Shown piece after piece: positions 50,501 to 59,491 of a DNA stretch of 64,000 nt. Both the position numbers and the translations under genes were made by a program. The notes beneath the pieces are model-generated. The model did no database searches, was not told the origin of the DNA, and saw nothing but the letters and a program-made list of their open reading frames with translations. The stretch's first letter is position 1. Each line of letters opens with the position of its first letter. Origin of the DNA: a virus (taxonomy: Duplodnaviria; Caudoviricetes); IMG/VR virus record IMGVR_UViG_3300030095_001206, positions 21,307-85,306 of that record; one strand, given 5' to 3'.

Positions 50501-53500
50501 GCTGTTTCTGGTTCATTTGGAATATTAAAACTAAACGTTGTTGATCCTACAGAAGATATCTTAAAGTTACCATCATAAAGAGAATCAACTAACTTGATAG
50601 TATTATAATTATTAACCGTTTTATCAACATCAATTTCAGATTGAACTGTAGTAATTCTATCTGGATTAACAGGAGTTAAATTGTAATAAAGTATTTCAGG
50701 AGTCTTAGCATTAGTCTGTAATAATACTTTTCCTCCAGTTATACCAACACTTCCACTAGAAGTAACATCAAATTGATCAGGTGTTACTGTAAGGAATTCG
50801 TGTTTAAAATCTTGATCTCTATAGAAATTAACTGAGAACGCTGAATAAGTTGTACCACCTGAAACATTTCCTAAGGAACTATCAGCAACATTAAGTTCTA
50901 ATTTTTGCCCTCTCGTAACTGTAAGAAGAGGGTTAATAGGAAGAAGAGAATGTGTTACTGCTCCTCCAGTAGAAGCTAAAGAAACTGCTAATGGATATTG
51001 AATATTAGCATTATAAGAATTTGATGCTAATCTTAGTTTATCTGAACTATCTTTAATTACATAATATGATGTATTAGCACTTAAACCAGATACCACACTG
51101 GTTGATTCATATATGACTTGATCTCCAGTATTAAGACCATGATTTGTAATACTAATAGTATTATTAGTGGTATTAACATCTCCTTGTACGAAAGTTGATA
51201 ATCCTACTGTAGTCTTTCTATTATAATCATTATACTTAACAGTATATGATGTAGTAATTCCAGGTAATGCATCTAAGAATACTGTATCACCAACTCCAAG
51301 ACCATGAGCAGTAGTAGCAGTTGCAGTAACTACAACTTTCTCTAATATACCAGTTAACTGAGTATCTTGAGTTGTTAATGAATGAGTTACTCCAGTACCA
51401 ACACTATGGAAATAAAGTTGTTCTGCAGCAGTTGAAGCAACACCAACAAAGACACCTTCAGATCCCATTCCAACTGGCATTGATGTTAATCCAATTATAT
51501 TCTGCCCCAAGTTAATTGAATATACTTGACTAGGAAGATTGAAGTTATTAATACCATCAGTAGAAACTGATACAACAGTTCCACCACCAGCAGAATAAGT
51601 TAAAGAATCTCCAGTAGTAAACTCATGATTTGAAATATAAATTGATCTTGATGGAATAGCAACAGAAGTACCAACACCAACTGCTAAACCAGGAGCACTT
51701 ACAGATATAACACTATTAATTCCAACCCCTGCAGTAGTTCCTAGACCTACTACTTCTGATGGATTAAAGTAAGTGCTCTTTTGAAGTTTAATTTCTTTAT
51801 CTGTGTTAACACCAGCATTAATAGTAAGAGCTCGTGGTTTTTCTTCAATAATTGATCCTTGAGTATAAGCAGTTCCTACTGTTCCACCATATTCTCTTAT
51901 TACTCTAATTCTAGAATTAAACTCATCAACGTTTACAACATATAATTGTTCTGATGATATACCAATAACATCATCTGATTGTAAAACAGAAGGATCACCG
52001 TTAATAGAAATAAAGGTAACTATACCAGTGGTTCCTGTACTACCAATACCAGTAGCTAATTTAAACATTGATGTATTAACACCAATAGTATAAACACCAT
52101 CAATATTAATTATAGATTGAGATGATATTCCAGAGACAGTAATAAAATCACCGTTTTTGAAGTTATGAGGTGCAGGAGTTCTAGCAACAATTGTCTTTTT
52201 ATCATTAAGTACTTCAAAAGTAACATTTTCTTTCTTAGTAGTAGAAGAAATTATTTTAACTAATTTCTTTCCACCAATCTTAGTTACTTTTGATGATGCA
52301 TTAGAACCACCAGTTTCTGTGTTATCAAATACTATTCTATCACCAACTTTATAGTCAACTCCACCCGATTCAACATTAACAGACTCTATACCTCCAGTAG
52401 CTGCATAAACTATGGATGCAAAATCATCAATATTCTTATCTGGACGTTTTACATATTCATAATCACTAGCATTAAATGAAAGTTTATATGGATAGATGTT
52501 TCTTACGTATCCACCTTTATCTAAATCAACTTTAGTTGTTATTGAGTCTGGACTAAAGTTATAAGTATCTGGTTTAGACTTAAATGCCTCTCCAACTGCA
52601 TAAGGGAATACTGGAGTAAAATACTTATCAAAAGTAGCGTCCTGTTGAGAAGAACTATCAATAGTTGCAAAGTATGCGTAAGTACCTTCTGGATAATCAG
52701 GAGTCTTACAAAAACGACCATTATACTTGTCTAAATCACCTTTATTAGTAAATATATAATCATTAGTGAATGAACCCAACTCCCAGTCACCAACACTAGG
52801 ACCAAGTTGCCTAGTAGCGTTTAATTCATAACCAGGAACCATTCTTCTAATAGTACCTCCATCAATATTAGCAAATCCATAAGGACCATAGATTGGATTA
52901 CCATCATATGCAAATCCTAATATTGGTGAATGATTTGAAGATACTTCTTCAGCATTTTCATACTCTAAATCATATGTACCATAATCTTTCTTACCATTTA
53001 ACTTAAGAGAAGGAAGCATTTCTCTTAATTTTCTAGGAGCGTATAAATGAGTAAATTGTGACCCAAATGTCGCAGTGCTAGGCTCCATAAAACCATCATC
53101 TAGTTTTATGAGTGATTTGTAGCGTTTTACATTATCTAACTCCCATGCCTTAACTTGAGGTTCAATAACAGGGGTTCTACCAGCAGCGTCTACAGCAGTT
53201 TCTACGCTTAGGAAAGATCTATCCGTAACAAATCCAACACCACCACTTACAACGGTCACAGAGGTGATTACACCGTCCTCTATGACTGGAGTTAGAGTTG
53301 CATAAGTACCAATACCAGATGTAATGATTTCTGGAGGAGAATTGTATCCAGTACCCCCTCTAGTAACGATTACCTGATCAATTTTACCATCTTGGACAAC
53401 TGGTCTAAGTTCAGCACCAGATCCAGCAAGGAAATCAATACTTGGTGTTCTGTTATAACTTACAATAGAAGAATTACCATATCCTGTTCCATTTTGAGTT

Positions 53501-56500
53501 AAATCAACAGAAGTGACAGATCCTCTTACAACAGGGATCATAGTTGCTTGATAATCACCTAAAGATGAAGATACACCAAGTTCTCCACTTATAGAAACTG
53601 ATATTGGTTGATAATTGAAGATATGAGTTCCAACTCCAACTCCAGTAAACTTAACATAAGTTCCATTATCATATGACTCTGTTAAAGTGCCTCCAACACC
53701 AGCAAGAGCAACTCTAAAGTTATTTTTATCAACAATAATGGCCTGATATTGTGTTGTAGTTACTAAACCACTAATTGGGGTTCCTGTAGTTTCATAAGTT
53801 AAAATTTCACCATTTTGATATCCATGATCTTTAATATTGATGGAATTAATAGAAGTATTAATTCCTGTAACAATAACACTTCTTTTTTTATACTCATAAC
53901 CAGTTCCTGGATTGGTTATGAAGATTTTATCAACAATATTCTTCTTAGAAACACTTTCAAACTTTTGAGTACCTGATCCTTTATCAGAAAGGTCTACGGT
54001 GTTAATACCTGCAATCGCATCATCATAATGAGAGTGTAAAGTGATAGCAGTATTACTAGAAAGACCTACAAAGTAGACTGATCCATCACCCAAGGTTGTT
54101 GTACCTGTTCCAACAGCAGTACCATTATTTTGACGATAAAATACTCTTTCACCACCATTGAATAAATGATATGTTGTAAAACCAACTATATTATCACTTG
54201 TATTAATACCAACTATTACGTCTAGAGAAGCAGAATGTGTTCCCTGCTTCATTTTAGCTTCTGCTTTAGCACCAACACCATTACCACCACTAATAGTGAT
54301 TTGTGGTTGTTCTAGATAATCAAATCCAGCATATTTTACATCTATTCTTTCAAAAGAACCTTTTACATTAACATGTCCAGTAGCACCAACACCTGCATTA
54401 TCAGTAATGAGCAATTCTGGTGGATTTATAATATCATGTCCAGATCCACCATTTAGAACGTTAACTCCTTCTAGTTCTCCATAGTAAATAGCATCTCTTG
54501 ACTTATAATTTGCAAGTTCAACTCCATTTACAAACATACCCGTTTTTTCACCAGGTATTGTTGTAAATTCATCGCCAGAAGAATCAAATACAGGTTCAGA
54601 GAACCTTCTTACCAATCTTTGTGAATCAATTGCTTTATCTTGTAGTCTACTTGCGAATTCATGTGTAGTGATACCAGCACTATTACCAGTTAGATCAATA
54701 AATTTACCAGCATCAATGTTTGCACGAGAATATGCTAATTTAAAGGATTGGTCATCAATTTTAAATGCAAAGTATGAACCTTCAGTTAAAGGAGAAAGTG
54801 GTAAAGTAGTTGTAGAGGTGGAAACAACTCCATCAATCAAAGCAGATGTTGTTGTTGTACCTGGAACATAATAAACTTCATCGCCAGTAATAAAGTCATG
54901 ACTTCTAGAAGTAGATATTGTTTCGCCAGCAAAAGTAGCAGCAACTTTTACCGAAATACCTCTTAAATCAGCATTAAGTTGTTGATTAGCATAGAATGGA
55001 ATAGACGCAGAAGTTACATAAGTTTGATGTTCTGGTTTACCTTCAATAAAATCATGTGAAGCATATGTATGAGTTGGCCCCACCATTTTCCTACCATTAT
55101 GCTCATGATAAGGTCCAGCGTAAGGAACTCCACTAACAATACCAACTACATTTAAATCATATGCATTAGAAACATTTGAACTAAACTTGTAGGTTGGTTG
55201 CTTGACAGCAGGAAGTACTTCAGCCCTTATTAATTCATTCCTTCCTTTAAATATATGTGCTAGATCTATAAAACCAACACCACTAAGAATTGCAATCTTA
55301 TTAGAAGGTACATCAACAACTTCTGCACTACTTTCTGCAAGAGTTGTTTGGTCAATAAGAGTTATTTTATCACCAATATACAAAAGATGTACTTCTGGAC
55401 AAGTAATCTTAATATTACCGTTACCAATATCTTCAACAGTTTCTATATTGAAAATATTAGGAACATTATAAATCCACTCTGTAAATGATTTATTTGTATC
55501 TTCTAAAATACCAAGGTTTTGTACATCAATAGAATCCCCAGTAACCATTTGATTACTTGGTCCAGGAATTACAAAGTCAGAAACAACACCTGTGATTCTT
55601 ACAGTTATTTTATTTCCATCATCATCATATCCGTAAATGCTGGATTTTAATCTAACTAAAGCATCTTTACTGATAGCAGAAGTATTACCCGAAAGTCCTA
55701 AGAATTGAGTTGTAGTAATACTAGTATATTTGACTTCTTTTGAATTAATTATTAAAGTTCCTGAAGAAGGGAATCCAACAGTAGAATCAACGTAAATTGT
55801 ATTAGAATTAGAAATCTCACTAGTTACAGTTCTTGTAGTAGGAGTAACACTAAATTTACCGTAGATAGAACCAGACTCACTAATATCTTTATCAGAACCA
55901 GCATCTAGACTTATTTGATATAATGTATTTCCTTCTCTATTGTATGAGATAACGTTAGCAATTGAACCATATGAATAGTTAAGAACGCCAGGAACTGCAT
56001 CCTGATATAATGTCTGTCCAATAAGTTTATAAGGATCTCCAGAAAGAGAAACTACCACTAAGTCTTCTGTTATTCTATAATCTGCATCAGAAGGTTTGAT
56101 TGTATTCTCATATGGTTTTACAATCGTTGCCTTTGAACCATAAAGAGCACGAAACAAAATCTCAAATGAATCATCAGTACCTTTTGTTGTATAAAGGTCT
56201 TTAGCCTGCTTTGCAAAAAGAGATTGGTCAAGTCCAGTAACAAAAGATCTATCCTGCAAACCAGGAACATATAATTCCTTATATTTTCTGAAAAACTCAA
56301 TAAGGAATAGATTACTTAAATTAGTTACTACGCTATCATCAACGTGTGCTGCAGAAGATGATGTAGTAAATGTAACTCTATCACTTTCGTCATTATTGAA
56401 CAAAGATGTAATCGCACTAAAAGCACGTTTACAATCAAAGAATTGTCTTTTATCTTTACTAGTATATGTTATTATCTCATTATCAATTTTTAAATATCCG

Positions 56501-56781
56501 TAACGATCTGGAAAACCAACTGTAGAGTTAACTTCAATAGTAGTACTAAATGCAGTTATTGCCCCATCTAGATTAGTAGATGTGACAAGATCCTGTTGAC
56601 GAAATGAATCATTCTTAATATATTGATCTAAATTCTCAGCAAGATCTATAGGTGCTCCTTGTGCTTCTTGTGATTTATAATATTGCTGTAAAAATTCTCC
56701 AAACAGGGGAGACTCACTTCTAATTTGTTCAGGAATCTGATTAGAGACTACCGAATAAGTTTTGGCTCTTGTTTCTATCAT
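44545..56781 (-). CDS. g7: giant baseplate wedge initiator-like protein
   Basis: 4078 aa between g6 and g8; Q.P..I..E.P.F..FL..YY.SQE N-terminus, Y..KGT..S...LFR.LYG, YYQ.F.Y.IKS, HP/HT.GF. Confidence 0.85.
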   Translation of the reverse strand: MIETRAKTYSVVSNQIPEQIRSESPLFGEFLQQYYKSQEAQGAPIDLAENLDQYIKNDSFRQQDLVTSTNLDGAITAFSTTIEVNSTVGFPDRYGYLKIDNEIITYTSKDKRQFFDCKRAFSAITSLFNNDESDRVTFTTSSSAAHVDDSVVTNLSNLFLIEFFRKYKELYVPGLQDRSFVTGLDQSLFAKQAKDLYTTKGTDDSFEILFRALYGSKATIVKPYENTIKPSDADYRITEDLVVVSLSGDPYKLIGQTLYQDAVPGVLNYSYGSIANVISYNREGNTLYQISLDAGSDKDISESGSIYGKFSVTPTTRTVTSEISNSNTIYVDSTVGFPSSGTLIINSKEVKYTSITTTQFLGLSGNTSAISKDALVRLKSSIYGYDDDGNKITVRITGVVSDFVIPGPSNQMVTGDSIDVQNLGILEDTNKSFTEWIYNVPNIFNIETVEDIGNGNIKITCPEVHLLYIGDKITLIDQTTLAESSAEVVDVPSNKIAILSGVGFIDLAHIFKGRNELIRAEVLPAVKQPTYKFSSNVSNAYDLNVVGIVSGVPYAGPYHEHNGRKMVGPTHTYASHDFIEGKPEHQTYVTSASIPFYANQQLNADLRGISVKVAATFAGETISTSRSHDFITGDEVYYVPGTTTTSALIDGVVSTSTTTLPLSPLTEGSYFAFKIDDQSFKLAYSRANIDAGKFIDLTGNSAGITTHEFASRLQDKAIDSQRLVRRFSEPVFDSSGDEFTTIPGEKTGMFVNGVELANYKSRDAIYYGELEGVNVLNGGSGHDIINPPELLITDNAGVGATGHVNVKGSFERIDVKYAGFDYLEQPQITISGGNGVGAKAEAKMKQGTHSASLDVIVGINTSDNIVGFTTYHLFNGGERVFYRQNNGTAVGTGTTTLGDGSVYFVGLSSNTAITLHSHYDDAIAGINTVDLSDKGSGTQKFESVSKKNIVDKIFITNPGTGYEYKKRSVIVTGINTSINSINIKDHGYQNGEILTYETTGTPISGLVTTTQYQAIIVDKNNFRVALAGVGGTLTESYDNGTYVKFTGVGVGTHIFNYQPISVSISGELGVSSSLGDYQATMIPVVRGSVTSVDLTQNGTGYGNSSIVSYNRTPSIDFLAGSGAELRPVVQDGKIDQVIVTRGGTGYNSPPEIITSGIGTYATLTPVIEDGVITSVTVVSGGVGFVTDRSFLSVETAVDAAGRTPVIEPQVKAWELDNVKRYKSLIKLDDGFMEPSTATFGSQFTHLYAPRKLREMLPSLKLNGKKDYGTYDLEYENAEEVSSNHSPILGFAYDGNPIYGPYGFANIDGGTIRRMVPGYELNATRQLGPSVGDWELGSFTNDYIFTNKGDLDKYNGRFCKTPDYPEGTYAYFATIDSSSQQDATFDKYFTPVFPYAVGEAFKSKPDTYNFSPDSITTKVDLDKGGYVRNIYPYKLSFNASDYEYVKRPDKNIDDFASIVYAATGGIESVNVESGGVDYKVGDRIVFDNTETGGSNASSKVTKIGGKKLVKIISSTTKKENVTFEVLNDKKTIVARTPAPHNFKNGDFITVSGISSQSIINIDGVYTIGVNTSMFKLATGIGSTGTTGIVTFISINGDPSVLQSDDVIGISSEQLYVVNVDEFNSRIRVIREYGGTVGTAYTQGSIIEEKPRALTINAGVNTDKEIKLQKSTYFNPSEVVGLGTTAGVGINSVISVSAPGLAVGVGTSVAIPSRSIYISNHEFTTGDSLTYSAGGGTVVSVSTDGINNFNLPSQVYSINLGQNIIGLTSMPVGMGSEGVFVGVASTAAEQLYFHSVGTGVTHSLTTQDTQLTGILEKVVVTATATTAHGLGVGDTVFLDALPGITTSYTVKYNDYNRKTTVGLSTFVQGDVNTTNNTISITNHGLNTGDQVIYESTSVVSGLSANTSYYVIKDSSDKLRLASNSYNANIQYPLAVSLASTGGAVTHSLLPINPLLTVTRGQKLELNVADSSLGNVSGGTTYSAFSVNFYRDQDFKHEFLTVTPDQFDVTSSGSVGITGGKVLLQTNAKTPEILYYNLTPVNPDRITTVQSEIDVDKTVNNYNTIKLVDSLYDGNFKISSVGSTTFSFNIPNEPETASYTNITARLSYETSSAGALGPIADIKITNKGYGYNSIPGVSTVSRTFTGTAATTYGNGCILRVESNSIGKVQTTHITNPGYEFPYDKTLRPTGALPSLFKIDRFRTLDHIGITSGGHNYSIAPKLIVKDRVSGSILDECDITTEVTGSVGVSSASIKENTKRLQDPKPTIIPIHNSNGVGIETVGFTTTSATVELTLDTDFSVGQDFPFAVGDKVLIEGVGIATTGFGYNSSEYDYNLFTLNSITPNFGGADPKVTFVLENDNPGEYDPDASAGRIIPEKHFPGFEPVTLKGDFNIKEKITQETLTGTKTGTVIGWNRNNNTLRVATGDVFEEGKQIEGDSSNQVGFVQSIENFESTFDVGPLVEQRQGNQNITGFLNDSRQRMPDNDYYQSFAYSIKSPVQYSTWKDVVSEITHTSGFKKFSDMEIESFDGRPNDADEQGDGSYGTGGVGFPNPGRGAASASVGIQTVDIKVDLSSVSDVGTKLDFDNASELSVEVAGISSANQITVSKEIVLDNKILTDYEEARTNRVLSIDDVGDLFSSTPRTDPFEKFDFVNKDTFSAHRYFYHVKDTRYTGETQTGFFNVVQDGTYAYINQYSIDSSGFLGYFDYVFSGAFANLNFYPTKFELNNYVIDFISVDFNRMSGVGTGAVTGIGSTSIGDLVTITGFTTTTAIGAASSILGISSTNSAANKVIVEVVQTTAGIATHQLAEINIVHDNSGNDSGTGFVDYGAFCSGGMIGTFGVETNGPTNLNFYPNAGVNTTCAVKIVDYEFNSNATGVGSTTLVEGMMESFYTSISASATPGQNNICGFTSTEYEGAHFIINVEDTTNSKASLREMLVSQSSDGIIAQAYSSEYGEVLTYDDDGNGLDVGLGTVGAGFSGSDFCVYFTPNENIATKVRVYGQTVENQRSSGITTLGIGDGNSIGQFRTGEGTYSGTLSVVKRNFNLTHRNRPIFRKVWDPEIDTSVISIDANTIQLADHFLVSGEKLTYAYDGAGIATVGGVIGTTVYAVKVSEDLIRLAPTASDALATPPTVLGFTTVGTGNSHSITSHKQDTKCLIALDNNIQSPIVSTGVTVGLVSTMNASQVNAQITNVASMVGGEIIKVDDEYMRVKSTGYAGIANQLLVDRGWLGSDLGVHTVSSGNNLVVTKYDGNYTILGNSLNFVEPPYGEEGYAGLQTRSTFQGRSFIRTAESDDNEAYNDNLLFDSISKDFTGIAKTFTLTSSTSNVVGFSTNNGVFLLNEIFQGPDVDYTLTEDTSGISSITFTGTASSVTADLNVGTLPRGGILVNVGSSEGMGYQPLVAAGGTAVISGLGTIESISIGNSGSGYRIGIQTVYVGVGTSGATGYPNIVSIGTAVVESGYVVSIGVTNAVAAGYTFENPPKVFIDAPTGYDNVPLVAAGGSTTSGVDATVDITVGLGNSVTQFRINNTGRNYAVGDVLTVPANTANFTGIPTTGTPANFKDFRIIIESVHDDSFSGWTFGQLEVLDNFSPFFDGVKKSFTINKAGVPVSLRSAKGSPIRIQDNLLIFINDILQDPGVSYEFKGGSVIDFLEAPKEGDSLKVYYFKGSATDSVFVDIIETIKKGDKIRLRDEATKSSTFGFDQTERIVSGIQTSDKFSTIQYFGPGITTNTAMERPMTWIKQKDDIVVDGVYVSKARIINESAITPSTRIISNVGVGSTTIYVESLRPLFDDNEEGYTGSELNLVIVDENGPKISAAATAIVSDTGTISLDLTNAGMGYTEAPTVSISTYFGVSTLATASATVSAAGTVNTLTVDEVGAGYTNTTTPLVLIGEPTGVADTLGTPTIQGDFGFISGIAATTVGVASTGLVFDLYVNELFRDATRVGTAVTITALTAGDKFMVHNSNTGIGLTSYGTGTGIGTVGIGSTFIDNIYEAMSVSYSENYVVGVGTTGVQRVTVSVSSTESVTTGINSYFGNYTFGKLTNVTRDSDPHAFSIVTDDGITGLSTAPVIRRIKNIKRSY

Positions 56782-56786
56782 TAGTA

Positions 56787-58859
56787 TTAATATCCGCCGT
56801 TGGATGAACTAGCTGTTACTTCAGTAGAATTGAATGTTGTAGAAGTGGTATAAGTGCTTGCATAAGAAGTATCAACTTCCTGTACAGTATACGCTTCAGT
56901 ACCAGTTATTGTTGAATACTGTGGTAATCCTCTTACTAAAGGAGATTCACGATCATCTCTTCCGTTAGGGAAACTAGAACTAACAATATAATTAGATCCA
57001 GATATGTCAGCACCAGAAGATATAGTATCAGAAACCATAGTAACCAAACTGTTACTATTATCTAGTTGCAAATAAAGATCCTGTAATCCAATTACATCAT
57101 AGGATTTAGGTGTACCACTGATTTGTACGAGTGGTTGATCAGTACTTAATACAGTAGATGTAATAATCAATGCATTAAGTAGTATTTCACCTTTAGTGTA
57201 ATCTATTGTTCCAATATTGTTTCTAACTACAGCAACTTGATTAGAAGCAAGTAGTTTGAATAAAATTACTCTTCCACTCTTCCTATCTGCATTAGGAATA
57301 TCAGAAAGATAAACAATTCCACTTATACCACTTACAGTAAATCCAGAAGACTTAATATTATAACCATTTAATGAATTAACATTAAAAGCATTACCATAAC
57401 AAAGTTCATATGTTGCTAAATCTGACAAAGCAGGCCTTAAATCCCTTCTCATAGAGATTCTAGTAATATTAGAGGTAATAGCACTATCAGTTTTATCAAT
57501 TAAGTTCAATGCCTTAGAGAACTTAAATCGTGCTCCAAACGTGTTTAAATCACTTGACCTAGCATAAGTATCTAAGGTATTAACAACCTCTGTCTTAAGA
57601 GCATTAATGCTATTTGTAGCATTAGCATTGTAGTATACGCTACTATCCATTTCAACATAAAGATATTTAAGATCTATTATGTTTGGAAGAATCCCAGCTA
57701 CTGTATAACGCTTTAATTTGTTCTTAAGTTCAATCTTTTCAATTTGAGACAAATATTTACCATTTTTGGGTTTTATACTAATAAAGACCCTACCATACTG
57801 TGGAGGACTTGTATCTTCGCCTCCATAAACAGAAACTGATTCTGTATTAGCGTAAATCTTGGTAACAATTGCTTTATAGTCATCTGCAGTCACCGCACGG
57901 TTCTGAGCAGAGTAAACTAAAGGTGCATATTTCTTAATTGACTGAATTGACTCAATTGTAGATCCATTTTCTGCTTTTTGAGTCGTTGTAAGTAAAGAAA
58001 TTCCGTCAGTTACTGTAACTCCTGAATTATCTTGAATAATTCCAGTAAATGTAAAGGAATTTACTCCATTTGAATCTTCACCACTAGTAGAAATGTAATT
58101 TACTGTTATAAAATTAGAATCTTCAAGTTTTTTACCAAATTTTCCATCTCCAAAGAGTATTTCATACTTTTCATCAGCAACTTCTTGTAAAAGGAAGATT
58201 AAAGATGTGTTTGTAACGTCAACAATGTTATTAGTTAACTTATAAATCGTTCTTAGGTTAGTTGCAGTGCTATTTGGTGATACAGATACCTTAATTGTTG
58301 ATGTATCTACTCCTTGGTTGGGTAAAATAAACTTTTCAATAGGAACATTGTCTCCAGTCTCCCTATATGTGAAAGTTTTAGTTAAATATGACCCTTCTTT
58401 AATATTGACATCAGTAAAAGTTGCAATATTATCAACAACAGGTACTGTTACATCATCCATTATTGCAAAACTATAATTTTCACTTGCAAAAGTGTTAGAA
58501 ACAGCTACAACTCCTGCTTTTAATGTTAAAGTTAGAGGTTGTACTGAATATCCAGACGTATCAACGAAAAAACTTACCTTCGCAGTTGCTGCTTGCTTCG
58601 ATCTAGGTGTATATCCGACGTTACGAGCCAAAGAAGCAACGTTTTCTCTTAAAGTTGCACTATCAATAAAGACTTCGTTAGCAACCATGTTGCTATTATA
58701 CGCAGTAATGTAAGAATTATACGCAAGAGTGTCTATTAGGACCGACATATTCGATCCTTCAAAGTCAAAATCGGTAAAATTAGAATTTGCCCTCAAATAA
58801 TCTTTAATCTGAGTCTTTATTTGATCAAAATCTAAATTTGTAAATTGAGTTAATGGCAT
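56787..58859 (-). CDS. g6: baseplate wedge subunit
   Basis: LDFDQIK..IK.YL...S.FTD.DFEGS..S.L.D.LAYN, AQNRAVT..DY. Confidence 0.96.
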   Translation of the reverse strand: MPLTQFTNLDFDQIKTQIKDYLRANSNFTDFDFEGSNMSVLIDTLAYNSYITAYNSNMVANEVFIDSATLRENVASLARNVGYTPRSKQAATAKVSFFVDTSGYSVQPLTLTLKAGVVAVSNTFASENYSFAIMDDVTVPVVDNIATFTDVNIKEGSYLTKTFTYRETGDNVPIEKFILPNQGVDTSTIKVSVSPNSTATNLRTIYKLTNNIVDVTNTSLIFLLQEVADEKYEILFGDGKFGKKLEDSNFITVNYISTSGEDSNGVNSFTFTGIIQDNSGVTVTDGISLLTTTQKAENGSTIESIQSIKKYAPLVYSAQNRAVTADDYKAIVTKIYANTESVSVYGGEDTSPPQYGRVFISIKPKNGKYLSQIEKIELKNKLKRYTVAGILPNIIDLKYLYVEMDSSVYYNANATNSINALKTEVVNTLDTYARSSDLNTFGARFKFSKALNLIDKTDSAITSNITRISMRRDLRPALSDLATYELCYGNAFNVNSLNGYNIKSSGFTVSGISGIVYLSDIPNADRKSGRVILFKLLASNQVAVVRNNIGTIDYTKGEILLNALIITSTVLSTDQPLVQISGTPKSYDVIGLQDLYLQLDNSNSLVTMVSDTISSGADISGSNYIVSSSFPNGRDDRESPLVRGLPQYSTITGTEAYTVQEVDTSYASTYTTSTTFNSTEVTASSSNGGY

Positions 58860-59261
58860 TTATCTAAATGATTCTAATAGAAAATTGAGTGATTGAGGTT
58901 GAGCATCAATCCCAACAATATCATAAACAATAGTTACATCAAATGCGTTAGAATCATAGTAAGGAATGACATCTACATTCCTTAATTTAACTCTTGGCTC
59001 AAAATTATCAATGGTTTCAGTGATTTCTTCACTTATAAGCGATGCCGATGAAGTATCCATCAGTTCAAATAGACTTTCACCCAACCTTGAACCCAAAAAT
59101 GGGTTAAAAGGACGTTCCTGTAAATGTGTTAGTACTAAATTCTTGACAGAGCGAGCTATCGCATTCTCATTCTTAAGGGGAATCACGTCCCTAGTGACAG
59201 GATGAGGTACGAAAGACAGTGAAATGTCCTTAAAAGTACGTGAGACTCGTTGGACAGGCAT
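58860..59261 (-). CDS. g25: baseplate wedge subunit
   Basis: D....F..HP.T.D, AI..SVKNL..T...ERPF.P..G, FEPRV. Confidence 0.94.
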   Translation of the reverse strand: MPVQRVSRTFKDISLSFVPHPVTRDVIPLKNENAIARSVKNLVLTHLQERPFNPFLGSRLGESLFELMDTSSASLISEEITETIDNFEPRVKLRNVDVIPYYDSNAFDVTIVYDIVGIDAQPQSLNFLLESFR

Positions 59262-59280
59262 TATACGCTAATATTTTTTA

Positions 59281-59490
59281 TTATTTAGCGTGTTTATTAG
59301 GATTCCAAAGTTCTCCGTCTTGTGCATATGGATCTTCATCCTCTAAATTCTGTATTATTGCCCTTTCATGGAGTTCTCCATCATGGATTCTCTTCTTTCT
59401 AGGGGTTAAATCGTCTTCCCATATCTCTCTCAGCATCTTGTTATGCTGATCAGCTGCTAAGTTGTCTAAAAAATCGTTTTGAGCTTCCAT
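59281..59490 (-). CDS. small acidic hypothetical protein
   Basis: 69-aa ORF tiling before g25. Confidence 0.7.
   Translation of the reverse strand: MEAQNDFLDNLAADQHNKMLREIWEDDLTPRKKRIHDGELHERAIIQNLEDEDPYAQDGELWNPNKHAK
59282..59289 (-). promoter_or_regulatory. late promoter (g25 operon)
   Basis: GCTAAATA upstream of g25. Confidence 0.6.
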
Positions 59491-59491
59491 T

